Assembly (NCBI RefSeq): GCF_001194135.2
Contig: NC_068983.1
Coordinates: forward strand, 10,943,187 to 11,007,186
Direction: 5' to 3'
From: Octopus bimaculoides
Lineage: Eukaryota
DNA length: 64,000 bases
Shown here piece by piece: positions 39,428 to 52,689 of the stretch (its first letter is position 1; every line of letters begins with the position of its first letter). The position numbers and the translations under genes were made by a program. A model generated the notes under the pieces. That model had not been told where the DNA came from and did not search any database. It was given only the letters and a program-made list of their open reading frames with translations.

Positions 39428-40604
39428 CACATACAACAGGCTTATGCTGAGTTTCAATGCACCAAATTCACAAGGTATTGGTTGGCCCTGGGCTATGATA
39501 GAAGACTCTTGCCCAACGTGCTGCGCACGGTTGCAAAGCAAGGTTCTTAACCACACAGCCATGAACTTTTATGTCCCTTAAATCTAAAGGTTCAACAATG
39601 GGATTAGCAAAACCTTTAAATCCAGTGCCCTCACATGGTTGCAGTCCAAAGACTGAAATTAATAAAAGAATTGAAAAGAAAAAAACAGAAACTGAACTTT
39701 GCTACAAATCCACTTCAATTCAGTTCCAGCATTTATTTATTTATTTATTAATTTATTTATTCATTGCTTTGATTTTTTTTTTGATTTTTATTTTATTCTG
39801 TACCAACTATGACTGATTGGACAACATTGCGCTATTTTGCCATTTCTGGAATGTTTACCATAATTCCTTCTAATCACGTTGATTATAGACTGTATGCTTG
39901 ACTGATGCCGAATACTATTCTTCAGGCAAATGGCTCCTGTTGCTGGATACTTGAAATGGTTTACACCCTGGACTCTACTTCCCTTTTCACCCATTTAATC
40001 CTTTCTAAAAAAATTTCCCGAAACATTTCCTATCTGAATACTGTGGAAGTGTGTTAAACATGTGTCCTCTTGCTCATTTTAGGTTATGACCTTTGTACCT
40101 TTTTAAGTTCTGGTATGTCGGTCGAGAAAGTGAACTTGACTTCATTCAATTTAGTTATTTGTTTGCTGTTGTTGTTGTTGCTATTTTCATAATCATTATC
40201 GTGTTATTTCGTCTGAAAATAGACTGATTAGAAACAATTTAAAATACTTGAAACCAACCAAGCCAGAAATTCCTTAAATTATTTGCTGGTTTCTCAACTC
40301 TAGCTTTTACTGAATGACCACTTATCCGCGTTGGATTTTCTGCAGCTAATTTACAATTTAATGCTGCAAAATGTGAATCTAGTTTGCTTGCTCCCACTCT
40401 CATTTAAAAAGGGTTCAATACCCAGCACTGTCAAATCTTAAATTTCATTATGTTGAGTGATAATTAACTCCACAGGAGACAAATTGACATTTCATATGTA
40501 TGTGAGGGGCTGAAAGAGAGAAAGAAGGGGCTGAAGTTTGCAATTTTATTTGACTGAATTTTTCCATTTCTAAATACATTTATGGAGTTGTATCTTTTAC
40601 CTTT

Positions 40605-40819
40605 TCAGTTATTAGACTGTGGCCATGCTGGGGCACTGCTGTGAAGAAGCTTTAGTGAAATAAATCAACTCCAGTACATTTTTTTTTTTTAAAGCCTAGT
40701 ACTTTTTCTATCGGTCTCTTTTGCTGAACCATTAAGTTGCAGGGATGTAACCAAACCACTACCGGTTGTCAAGCAGTGGTGGGGAGGACAGACACAAAGA
40801 CACACACATACATGTATGC

Positions 40820-40850
<31 letters not shown>

Positions 40851-41218
40851 GAATTTTGTCAGTGAACAGGTCGCGGTCTCAAAGCGACGAAAATATTTTG
40901 ACAAATTAAATTTAAATGTTGAAGTGAATCTAACGGATTTTGTGTGTTATTTTAAATGGCTTATAAACACTTTCCACGCTGCAGTTGTTTTCGTTCCAGC
41001 ACACGATCTCAGATCAGGTCACTTGCTATGCAAGTGCATCTCCGTAATATATATATATATATATATATAATGGATTCCTTTCAGTTTCCATCTACTAAAT
41101 CCACTCACAAGGCTTTGTTTGGCCCAAGGCTCTAGCAGAAGACACTTGCCCGAAATACCATGCAGTGGAACTGAACCCGGAACCATGTGGTTGGGGAGCA
41201 AACTTCTTACCACACAGC
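40605..41218 (-). mobile_element. Family A SINE interrupted by an insert of about 195 bp in its TA microsatellite
   Basis: Tail 40605-40800, unrelated CpG-containing segment about 40850-41046 flanked by (TA)n, head 41065-41218. Confidence 0.75.
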
Positions 41219-41371
41219 AAGACCTCCCTAAATATTTAAGATTTGTTCATTCAATTTTACATCTGAGAATTTATGCTAGCATAGCTCAGACAAATGTACT
41301 TACAGCTCAGGTAATTATTTTTACAATCAGGTGCCCTTCTTGTCACTAACTCTTATCTTCTTTATAAGTAA

Positions 41372-41636
41372 GAGAGTTCTCGGAGATATTCAGCATGACA
41401 CAGAGTGTGACAAGGCTGACCCTTTAAATTACAGGCACAACAGAAACAGGAAGAAAGAGTGAGAGAAAGTTGTGGTGGAAGAGTACAGCAGGGTTCGCCA
41501 CCATCCCCTGCCGGAGCCTCGTGGAGCTTTAGGTGTTTTTTCGTTCAGTAAACACAACGCCCGGTCTGAGAATTAAAACCGCGATCCTATGACCATGAGT
41601 CCGCTGCCCTAACCACTGGGCCATTGCGCCTCCACC
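41372..41636 (-). mobile_element. Family B SINE with complete tRNA-like head, 3'-truncated
   Basis: Minus strand: gtggaggcgcaatggcccagtggttagggcagcggactcatggtcataggatcgcggttttaattctcagaccgggcg. Confidence 0.85.
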
Positions 41637-44600
41637 TTGGTTTGCAGTAGTAAGTAACAAAACAGTGTTGTCATCATTTACCTCAAGACCAGCCCTCATC
41701 AAACAAGATCTATGGTCAGTCTGGATATGTGGATTAAATTTATTGAATAACTTCTGTTGGTTCAGTTATTTGTATTTTCTTTTGTAAGAACTTTTTGCAT
41801 TTACAAGGTTCACTTTTAAAACCCTTTAGTATTCAAACTGGTCCATATCAGGCCCAAGTACTCTACCTGTTTTATGTTCAAACTGGACCAATTTGGTGAA
41901 TTTGAGGAAACGAGTAAGTATAAAGCCAACTTACCAATAATGATTAGAAATTGCTATGAATTTGCGGATGTACTCATATCACGTGATTTTGGACCCTGTG
42001 GTAAGCACTCAGTCTTCATTTGTGAGTATTACTGCCAAGGGCTAAAAATACTCACATCACCATGTCACCATATGTGTGTGTGCTGTTTATATCATTATAT
42101 CAGTCTGATTGATAACAAATATTTTCTCCCAGCCATTACTACCTCATAGCAGAATGTTACTGATACGTAAGATGGGTTTTTTTTTCTACCTAACACACAA
42201 ACAAAAATTGTTCCACTGACATGCAAATGTCGGAATTTTTACAAAATCTATCTCTCCTCTGCTCATGTGGACAAGAATGTATGTAAAAAGAATTTTTGCT
42301 TTTATATCTTTTTTTTTTTGTTCTGTTTTACATTCCACTCCCATCCCCCACCCAACTCCAACAGAAAGTAAATGGATTTTGCAAAATTTCGATATTGTTT
42401 TCAAATAAACCAAGTGTCAGTGTATCTAAAATTTATTCAACTTCTTCGCATATCAATGCCTGCATTCTGAACACATAGCATGTATGGTATTTACAGACAG
42501 AAACTCCAAATGTTTTTGTTTTAATCCCTTGGAATTTTTCCTATGTCGAGCTCTCAAAAGTTGTTTTTCTAGCACCCTACTTTGGTGATGCGTTCAATGT
42601 CAGTGGCAGGAAGTATAGATCATTCCAATTGGTGGAAAGTAGGTGATGCTTGCTGGCTTAGTAGACTCACCATCATCGTCATCGTCCCTCTCACTACGCC
42701 ATCTCATACGTCGTCGCCATCAGGCACAGCAGCAAAGTCAGGTATGCAAGTCAACAGCTATATATATGTGGATAGACGCCCTCAAAGGCAGTTCTTCTCA
42801 GTTTGGAATTACAAGAATGGTAACAGCATGCTAATTCTTCAAACGTATTGCATACCAGCAGATATATTCTATAAATTGGAGCTATGCTTCAAAGAAACAC
42901 GCATTCTCTAGAAGCTATTGTTCAAAAGCAATGTTCTATGATGAGAGTCTGCCATCTGTCTAGCAAGAATTTTTTTGTTAATTATTAAAAGAAGTTGGTT
43001 TTCATTTTGTTTTTTCTCATTTTTCTTCTTTTTTTTTTTCATATTTATTTCAGCTAATTTTGTTACCTTGTCAGTAATGAGCCAACATGAGTGCTTCTAT
43101 ATGGTCATTTGACATACTAGAAATAATAACCAAATCCCCCTCAAATCATACTCTACCATCTTATATTTATGAAACAAAATAAACATGCAAAATCTAATTC
43201 ATGCTGACAAATTAGCCAAGTTATTAGTGCTAGATTGACTGTTGTAATATTTGTTCCAGATATGCACAAGTTCAAATCTAGCCAAGACCAACATTTGGGG
43301 GACATGCAAGTCAATAAAGTACCTGTCCAAGGCAATGGATTTATGGAATTGTTACAATATTACTGAAGCTGCCTTGCAGTATGTATTCCAGCTTCTTGCG
43401 TTGTGGCAGCAACAACAGCATTGCCAAACTGTACTGACCCTTGCCTTTTCCTTGGGTAAACGTCAATGGCATGGAGAAGGGAGACATGCAGGTACAGACA
43501 ATTATTGGTCTCCCTTAACCTTACTTAGGTAGGAGCTTTGGAAAGACAGTTTCCAGGTGCAGATCCACACTTTCACTAGACATACAAAGATCCTAGGTTG
43601 GACAAAATAATAGATGTATTTAATCATGGCTAGGCATAGGTGTGACTGTGTTGTAAGAAGTTAGCTTCTCAACTACAAGGTTCTGGGTTCAGTTCCACTG
43701 TGGAACCTTGGGCGAGTGTCTTCTACTATAGCCTCAGGCCTACCAAAGCTTTGTGAGTAGATTTGGTTGATGGAAACTGAAAGAAAGCCCTTGTGTGTGT
43801 GTCCGTGTCCCAAACCACCGCTTGACAACCTGTAGTTCAGTAAAAGAGATAGAATAACATATGTCCTGGGTTTAATTTGTTCAACTAAAACCCTTCAAGT
43901 TCATGCCCCAGCATTTCCTCGGTCAAATGACTGAAACAAGTAAAATAGAGACTAGTTATGTTTAATGGAAAATAACCTATTTACCTAAGTTTTAACATCA
44001 TCTCTTTTGAAATAGTCACTTTGTGCAGCAATACACTGGTCCCAACATTCTTACCACTTTTGGAATCTGACCAGGAAGTCATTTCCCCTAAGTGAGACGA
44101 GGACCTTCTCCAATTCGCTCTTGATCTCGACAACGGGTTAAAACGGCGACTTATAAGCTGCATTTTCATCTTGGGGNNNNNNNNNNNNNNNNNNNNNNNN
44201 NNNNNNNNNNNNNNNNNNNNNNNNNNNNNNNNNNNNNNNNNNNNNNNNNNNNNNNNNNNNNNNNNNNNNNNNNNNNNNNNNNNNNNNNNNNNNNNNNNNN
44301 NNNNNNNNNNNNNNNNNNNNNNNNNNNNNNNNNNNNNNNNNNNNNNNNNNNNNNNNNNNNNNNNNNNNNNNNNNNNNNNNNNNNNNNNNNNNNNNNNNNN
44401 NNNNNNNNNNNNNNNNNNNNNNNNNNNNNNNNNNNNNNNNNNNNNNNNNNNNNNNNNNNNNNNNNNNNNNNNNNNNNNNNNNNNNNNNNNNNNNNNNNNN
44501 NNNNNNNNNNNNNNNNNNNNNNNNNNNNNNNNNNNNNNNNNNNNNNNNNNNNNNNNNNNNNNNNNNNNNNNNNNNNNNNNNNNNNNNNNNNNNNNNNNNN

Positions 44601-45060
44601 NNNNNNNNNNNNNNNNNNNNNNNNNNNNNNNNNNNNNNNNNNNNNNNNNNNNNNNNNNNNNNNNNNNNNNNNNNNNNNNNNNNNNNNNNNNNNNNNNNNN
44701 NNNNNNNNNNNNNNNNNNNNNNNNNNNNNNNNNNNNNNNNNNNNNNNNNNNNNNNNNNNNNNNNNNNNNNNNNNNNNNNNNNNNNNNNNNNNNNNNNNNN
44801 NNNNNNNNNNNNNNNNNNNNNNNNNNNNNNNNNNNNNNNNNNNNNNNNNNNNNNNNNNNNNNNNNNNNNNNNNNNNNNNNNNNNNNNNNNNNNNNNNNNN
44901 NNNNNNNNNNNNNNNNNNNNNNNNNNNNNNNNNNNNNNNNNNNNNNNNNNNNNNNNNNNNNNNNNNNNNNNNGAGCTACGCTCTTCAACAGAAAGAATAC
45001 GGAGACAAGGAGAAAAACACGGAGAAAAAAAATTGAATAGTGTTCAGTCAACGGTCAATC

Positions 45061-45096
<36 letters not shown>

Positions 45097-45334
45097 TGTG
45101 TATGTTTGTGTGTCTGTGTATGTCCCCCCAACATTGCTTGACAACCGATGCTGGTGTGTTTACGTCCCCGTAACTCAGCGGTTCGGCAAGAGAGACCGAT
45201 AGAATAGGTACTAGGTTTACAAAGAATAAGTCCTGGGGTCGATTTGCTCGACTAAAGGCGGTGCTCCAGCATGGCCGCAGTCAAATGACTGAAACAAGTA
45301 AAATAGAGACTAGTTATGTTTAATGGAAAATAAC

Positions 45335-45590
45335 CTATTTACCTAAGTTTTAACATCATCTCTTTTGAAATAGTCACTTTGTGCAGCAATACACTGGTCC
45401 CAACATTCTTACCACTTTTGGAATCTGACCAGGAAGTCATTTCCCCTAAGTGAGACGAGGACCTTCTCCAATTCGCTCTTGATCTCGACAACGGGTTAAA
45501 ACGGCGACTTATAAGCTGCATTTTCATCTTGGGGATGAGATGGAAGTCCGCAGGTGCTAAATCTGGCCAATAGGGTGTATGCAGATGAGA
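45335..45590 (-). mobile_element. Mariner (Tc1/mariner) transposase C-terminal fragment; duplicated at 43982-44176
   Basis: Frameshifted translation includes KMKMQLISRRFN and ..FQKW*ECWDQCIAAQSDYFKRD, matching the mariner C-terminus pattern (KMK..LKGRRF...FQKW..RW.RCI.AQGDYFEGD). Confidence 0.75.
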
Positions 45591-45596
45591 TTACGC

Positions 45597-45629
<33 letters not shown>

Positions 45630-46059
45630 CACATAGGTTTCTTTCAGTTTCTGTCTGCCAAGTCCGTTTCTAGTGCATTATACAGTCCGTCCATCTAATG
45701 GCTGAGTAGAGAAATAGGTACATGTTTTTCCCCTTGAAGTTACTTGCAGTAAACTAGCTTCCTTTGCAGGAGAATATTTCTTACATTCACTTAACTCTTT
45801 TGAAATCAAGTTGAGCACCAGCTCTATGGGCAAGATAAAGGGACGTTTTAATCTGCCTGTAGCAACAATTAATGTTGCATCTATTTTACAGTTTAAATAG
45901 TTGGCTCAAATGTCGGTGAGAGGTGAGTTCATAATGATGCGATGATCAAGTGTATTGTTTGTATCTAGATAGTGGCATAAATATGCACACACACACACAG
46001 TTGTTGAGTCTATATGTAGATTAAAAAAATACATTAGAGGATGGATTGTTGGCCTTGTT

Positions 46060-46620
46060 TCTCCATACTGGGTAAAGCCATTTCCCTGGAAGTACCAGGG
46101 ACCTGTTTTCTTTCGTATTTACTAAAGCCATCGTCTTTGCTAAGTTTGCCATAAAATTTCTCAATTCTAGATTTAGCTTACATGCCTGGAATCTCCTCTC
46201 TAATTCCCCTATAGATTCAGTTATGAGAACTTGATCATCAGCTTATAGGAGTTCTCATGGGCTGCCAGTCTTAAGCTCCTCTGTCGTACTATGATGAATA
46301 GAAGGGAACTGAAGACGGAGCCCTGGTTGTTTTTGACACTCACTTTATGTACTACTTCTTCGTACATGGCTTGTGGAGCTCTCACAGGAAAAATTGTCAA
46401 TGCCTAGTTTCCTTGGTGACCACCAGATTACTGTACACGGTGTCCTGTCAAATGTCTTCTCCAGGTCAATGAAGGTCAGCAATAATGGTTTATTCTAAGC
46501 CAATATTTCTCTTGCGGCTATATCGCTTGGAAGATTGCCTTCTGTGGTACCTCTTCCAGGTACAAAAGCAAACTGCATCGCATATAGGTCTCTCTCGATG
46601 CAAATCAGCACCGGTATCTC
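46060..46620 (-). mobile_element. Degenerate RTE-clade LINE reverse transcriptase remnant
   Basis: Translation QFAFVPGRGTT..., NKPLLLTFIDLEKTFDR..VIWWSPRKLGID, P*ELL*ADDQVLITESIGELERRFQ (decayed PWELLYADD). Confidence 0.85.
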
Positions 46621-47042
46621 TTCAGTTATCGAGGCAATTAAAATATGCTATGAAAATGACCGTTAAACAAAGGGAAATTATTATGTAAATGACTGTTATT
46701 AAGACAAAAGAGCTATTAGAATGACCGTTAAATAAGGGGAAAAACCAAAGGGGAGGAAGTAAAAAGTAAAGGAGTAAGAAAGATCATAGGAATCGCGCGT
46801 GCGCGCATGTACATACATACACATGCGTGCACGCACACCCAAGTACATGTGCCTATATGCATATGTTCACTCAGACTCTGATGAAATACACACATGCACG
46901 TCTAAAAAACATATACGCGCGCGCGCACAAATTTCATATACACGTCTATATACGCACATGCACAAGAAAAATGCAGTTCTTGTTCCATTTTTTGTTTTGT
47001 TTATTTTTATATAGACATATAGCGGCGTACGTACACTTTTGG

Positions 47043-47085
<43 letters not shown>

Positions 47086-47957
47086 NNNNNNNNNNNNNNN
47101 NNNNNNNNNNNNNNNNNNNNNNNNNNNNNNNNNNNNNNNNNNNNNNNNNNNNNNNNNNNNNNNNNNNNNNNNNNNNNNNNNNNNNNNNNNNNNNNNNNNN
47201 NNNNNNNNNNNNNNNNNNNNNNNNNNNNNNNNNNNNNNNNNNNNNNNNNNNNNNNNNNNNNNNNNNNNNNNNNNNNNNNNNNNNNNNNNNNNNNNNNNNN
47301 NNNNNNNNNNNNNNNNNNNNNNNNNNNNNNNNNNNNNNNNNNNNNNNNNNNNNNNNNNNNNNNNNNNNNNNNNNNNNNNNNNNNNNNNNNNNNNNNNNNN
47401 NNNNNNNNNNNNNNNNNNNNNNNNNNNNNNNNNNNNNNNNNNNNNNNNNNNNNNNNNNNNNNNNNNNNNNNNNNNNNNNNNNNNNNNNNNNNNNNNNNNN
47501 NNNNNNNNNNNNNNNNNNNNNNNNNNNNNNNNNNNNNNNNNNNNNNNNNNNNNNNNNNNNNNNNNNNNNNNNNNNNNNNNNNNNNNNNNNNNNNNNNNNN
47601 NNNNNNNNNNNNNNNNNNNNNNNNNNNNNNNNNNNNNNNNNNNNNNNNNNNNNNNNNNNNNNNNNNNNNNNNNNNNNNNNNNNNNNNNNNNNNNNNNNNN
47701 NNNNNNNNNNNNNNNNNNNNNNNNNNNNNNNNNNNNNNNNNNNNNNNNNNNNNNNNNNNNNNNNNNNNNNNNNNNNNNNNNNNNNNNNNNNNNNNNNNNN
47801 NNNNNNNNNNNNNNNNNNNNNNNNNNNNNNNNNNNNNNNNNNNNNNNNNNNNNNNNNNNNNNNNNNNNNNNNNNNNNNNNNNNNNNNNNNNNNNNNNNNN
47901 NNNNNNNNNNNNNNNNNNNNNNNNNNNNNNNNNNNNNNNNNNNNATATATGTATATA

Positions 47958-47995
<38 letters not shown>

Positions 47996-48436
47996 TGTTT
48001 GTTTTTATATAGTTATAATTAGAATGTTGTGGGACGTTAATTGAAGTGTCCTTTATTTTCAGAAAGAAAAGTGGATCGACTGATAGTGACTTCGGAGGGG
48101 TGTTTTTTTTTTCTTTTCTTTTTTTTTTTCCGGTCGTTGGCATCAACAGACTTTGTGACGAGTCAACGACCGACGAATCTTCGAAATCATCTGTTTAAAC
48201 ATTCACAGTACTACGTTCGTGGGCGTTCACACATTTGAGTTTTGTGCGTTGTGTGTGTTGAATGGTTAGATTCAGGCAATCGCATGCATAGTTGCGCGCA
48301 TGCGCACACACATATATGTGTGTATTTATATATAATATAATATGATATATTTTATTTGTCGGTTAACAAGGCTTGGAAGCGTAACCTTGTTAACCCACAA
48401 TTGATAGCCTTCAAATGTCTAATTAAGGTAGCTTAC

Positions 48437-48467
48437 CACAGAGGAAAATGTTGTCGTCACGGCTCAT
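48437..48467 (-). CDS. Candidate first coding exon MSRDDNIFLC + G (phase 1)
   Basis: Minus strand: gacaaagATGAGCCGTGACGACAACATTTTCCTCTGTG|gtaagc, with an in-frame TGA upstream; unique CpG-rich sequence. Confidence 0.4.
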
Positions 48468-48828
48468 CTTTGTCGATCAGCTCTTTATCATCAGTGTCCA
48501 CCTATTCTGATATGTTCTCTCCCCACTCACGATGGAATGTCAACTGTGTGTGTGAAGCTCACGTCGTCAACAACGACACCTTCCTCGCTTCTGTTTTACA
48601 ACTGGTATGATATAATGAGGCTAGCGATGATAATTACTTGTAAGTGACTCAGTTACTGAACATGCGTGGTTGATTTAATACACACAGACACACACACACA
48701 CACACATATATATGTATGTATGTATATATGTATGTATGCATGTATATATATATGTATGTATGTGTATTTATATATATGTATATTTATATCTATCTATCTA
48801 TGTATATTTGTATGTACGTATATTTATG

Positions 48829-48890
<62 letters not shown>

Positions 48891-48922
48891 TAGATATATA
48901 CATATATGTATATTTATATATA

Positions 48923-49768
48923 CTAGCTGACGCACCCGGTAATTTCCGAGAGAGCGGGGCTTGTCGCTTGGTTCCGTTCTCATAAGTGTTTCGCTAATCC
49001 AATAACAGCAATACAAAGTATGTATCCCTTAAAACGGTTTTTGTGCATTTATTGAGAATACCGAACTGTCTTACATAGGATCTTGTTTTTAGGAATTCCT
49101 AGTAAATTACGAATACCGAAGTTGTGAAGTCAGTTATGTAATGACAAGAAATTAGTTACCCAATAGTCAGAATTCAAATAAAGTAGCCCTAAAATGGTCT
49201 TTAATGCGTTCCCAGAGTATATAGAACATAGGAAGAAATACTAATAAAGTATGTATACTAAAATCGTGATGCATGTTACGTAATAGCAGGCTAATCAGAT
49301 TTGAGATAATAACAATTCAAAGTAAATAGCTCTGCAAAGAGCCTTTGTGCGTTCCCAGAGAATATTACCCTCAGGGGTGCTAGTGTTGGTATATTTGTGA
49401 ATAAGTCACTAACCAAAATAAGTGGATCTGTTGTTTAGGAAAATACTATTTACTTGTTCAAGGGTTGTACTGGATAAATTGCGAAAATAACTCTAACAGT
49501 TCAAATACTAAGTTTGATTTATACCAAATAATTTAGGAAAATGAATGTGTTATTTCCCTTGGCTTTTAAAATAGAATATATAAGATATATATAAGGATCC
49601 CTTCCAGGGCCCCTAATATCGTTTTTTTTTTTCAACTATCTGAGTATGCCATGAGGTTTCCAGACATGAGTTCTACTCACGTGTCAAGTTTCATCAAAAT
49701 CGATAAAACGATGTAGGAGGAATTAGCTAACAACTCCACAGACAGAATTTCCCACATATGTAGTATAT
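48923..49768 (-). mobile_element. Non-autonomous Helitron (Lep1-like architecture)
   Basis: Minus-strand 3' end ...tcggaaattaccgggtgcgtcagCTAG (short hairpin then CTAG). 5' part atactacata...ctgtctg...cgattttgatgaaacttg resembles insect Lep1-type Helitrons as I recall them. Confidence 0.6.
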
Positions 49769-51951
49769 ATATATATATATATAAACGCACACCAAAATGA
49801 AACAAGCAAACAAAGTAAAAGTTTATTTTAGAATCTTGTTATATTTGGATATGTCTGATCATTGGCTCGAGAGCGGAGGGTGGAAGCGCACCCCGTAAAA
49901 TTTGGGGAGCGTAATGAAAAACGCTTTGAACATCCTGGGTTAGACCTGGGTTTTCACCACTTAAGTAAATTTCGTCCCCGCAAATGTGTGTCTGATCTAT
50001 TTCGGATATGAATCACTGAATTTCAGAACAGGTGGACTGCAAGAAGAGGTGTCTTGGTACTTTTTGATTTGTAATATGAAGTATAGCGTCGTTTTATTTT
50101 CTCGTTAGAACACCACTGAGTGGACTATACAAACACCCAACTGATAAGCCGGCTCTTCTTTTCCCTATAAACGCTAAGTATTTGCACTTTCTTCGTCGTC
50201 AAGACCCATAACTTCCAAATGATCCTGTTCGTGCGATTGAGAAGGAGAAACAAGTAGACAGGCAGCACTGTAAAATTGACAAATGTTTCCTTATTTAACA
50301 GACGGGAATTGATTCCTGTTGGACCAAGAGAAAACTATTCCAGCTTTCGGTTTCCATCTAGAGTTCTCCAATCATTTTGCTTTAATATTGTATCCGGTTT
50401 TGATAATGAAGGAGTAATTTGGGAAAATAAACCCAGAGATCAAATTTAATAATGAAGTCACGAAGACTAGTTTTGTTCACAGTGCTATTCCGCTGATTAC
50501 TTTCCGTGGTATTTTACTTGCCCTTTACCAAAAATATGTGCCTTGTCCCGAAAGTTAGCAATTGTTATTAAGAATAATTAACTGGTAGAATCTTTACTGC
50601 TCGTCAGAATTCCGGCTGAGATCAAAATAGAGCCGAGATTGACTTTATCTTTTATCCTTTCGAAGAAACAAACACCGTTTGAGGTCTGGGGTCGATGTAA
50701 TAAACATGAAACCACTATTCTTGATCTGAGTTCAAATTCCTCCGAGACCGATTTTGCCTTTCATCCTTTCGGGGTCGATAAATTAAGTACCAGTTGTGTA
50801 TGAAATAAAGCGACAGACCAGGTTGATTTGCCACAAACCTCTTAAAGGCCGATGATGCAATTTGTGATACAAGGGTACGACCAGAGTCGCTTTCCCTTCT
50901 TTCAGGTGTTGATCTTCGGGTCGTAATATATACAACACAGTACCATTTGTTTGTAAGCGCCAAGGTGACCAGAAATGACATGTGGTCGGGAGAAGTTCGT
51001 ATGGGTATGCAAGTCTTAAGGACCCTCAAAAGGCAAATTGATCCAGCTCGGAGCTCTACTCCATCGTGGATGCAGAGAGGAAAACGATTGGAAATTATGT
51101 GATGTCTCATTACGATGTGAGTTCAGGTTCCGTCGAAGTCGACTTTGCCTGTTTCTTATCTCTTCTTGTCCTTCCAGGACTTGATAAAATATGCACCAGT
51201 AATATACTGGAATTTGATTGGTCGACGATATCGTCTTCCTTCTAATTTGTGTGGTTTTGTTCCAAAGTTAGAAACCATTATTATAAGTGAACACTAGAGA
51301 TTTGAATAGATACGGGAAAAACTGAAAACTCGCATGCACGCCCTCTCTCTTTCTTTCTATCTCTCTCCCTCCCTCCCTCTCTCTCTCCCTCCCTCTCTCT
51401 CTCTCTCTCTTACAAACACGCAGATATATACACGTTTGGCTGTATGTGTGTTACGTGTGTGCATATGTATGTACGCACGTAAGTCGCAACAAAGCCAAGT
51501 ATCTGATACTGTATTGCAGAAAGTTTTAATCTGTTCTCACACTGTTTGTGACAATTGCAGTATTGTGCCTCTTTTGTAGACATTAACCAAAAATGATAAG
51601 AATTCCCGCTATTCAATGTAACAACAAACAAGCAAACATCATCAACGAACCAGCCTAGTTGTGATTACCCCACCCTTTATATTTTAATGATATTTCTGTC
51701 TGTCATTTTTTCTTTTTTAACGATTATCCAGAAGAGGGGGGGGGGAGGTAGGGAAATAATTAGCATATTTCAGGCTGAATACTTATTATCATCTCTATGT
51801 AAAAATAAGAAGGAATGTATGTAAACAAATGAGAACACAGAGAACGCAAACAATGTAATTCCGATAGGAATCGAACCGACATTTTCTGGAGTAATAATTA
51901 GATATATTATCACGATGTAACTCATTGTTCAATATTTTGTCTTGTTGGGGG

Positions 51952-51985
<34 letters not shown>

Positions 51986-52689
51986 GGTGGTGGTTTTGGT
52001 GATGATGATAATGATTAGTTTGTTTGAACAGGAGGTAAAATGGCTGAATCATTAAAGCGTCGGACAAAACGCAACGCGGTTTTTTGTTTTATTTATTCAT
52101 TTTTTCTTTTACTCAGTTGGATTAAGATAGGCTATACTCATGGCTCATTACAGGACTTCCGAAAGTGGAGGGATGGAGGGAGGAAGGTATCCTTTATATT
52201 GGAGGCCCAGCCGGAATACTTGCAAACAGAGTGGACATTGCTAAAGCCACCCAAACTGCCAGCTAATGTGAAACCGGATGACGGNNNNNNNNNNNNNNNN
52301 NNNNNNNNNNNNNNNNNNNNNNNNNNNNNNNNNNNNNNNNNNNNNNNNNNNNNNNNNNNNNNNNNNNNNNNNNNNNNNNNNNNNNNNNNNNNNNNNNNNN
52401 NNNNNNNNNNNNNNNNNNNNNNNNNNNNNNNNNNNNNNNNNNNNNNNNNNNNNNNNNNNNNNNNNNNNNNNNNNNNNNNNNNNNNNNNNNNNNNNNNNNN
52501 NNNNNNNNNNNNNNNNNNNNNNNCGATCGCTGGTGAAAACGCTTTGCGATATTCGATCTGGTTCTTTACGCCCTCAGTGCATTGGCAGTCGTAGCTGTAT
52601 TTGTCTATATAGATGTATCGAATTTCTCAGTGTGTACTTTATTTTCCGGCATACAAGTCGATGTTGTATATAGTGTTAACATTAAACTC

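Noticed and set aside
43251-43532. 93-aa ORF with LRR-like MDLWNCYNITEAAL and plausible splice signals
   Set aside because: A single weak motif, no neighbouring LRR exons found; consistent with chance. Worth a quick tBLASTn only.
43925-45536. Identical duplicate of about 250 bp (SINE tail + mariner fragment) on both sides of the 44177-44972 gap
   Set aside because: Identity starts exactly within a shared SINE k-mer and the left copy ends at the gap; most likely mis-assembly rather than a real duplication.
46827-48146. Long ORFs of 300-400 aa in the ORF track (also 25.9-26.9 kb, 44-45 kb, 52.0-52.7 kb, 59.2-59.7 kb)
   Set aside because: Read through N-gaps and dinucleotide microsatellites.
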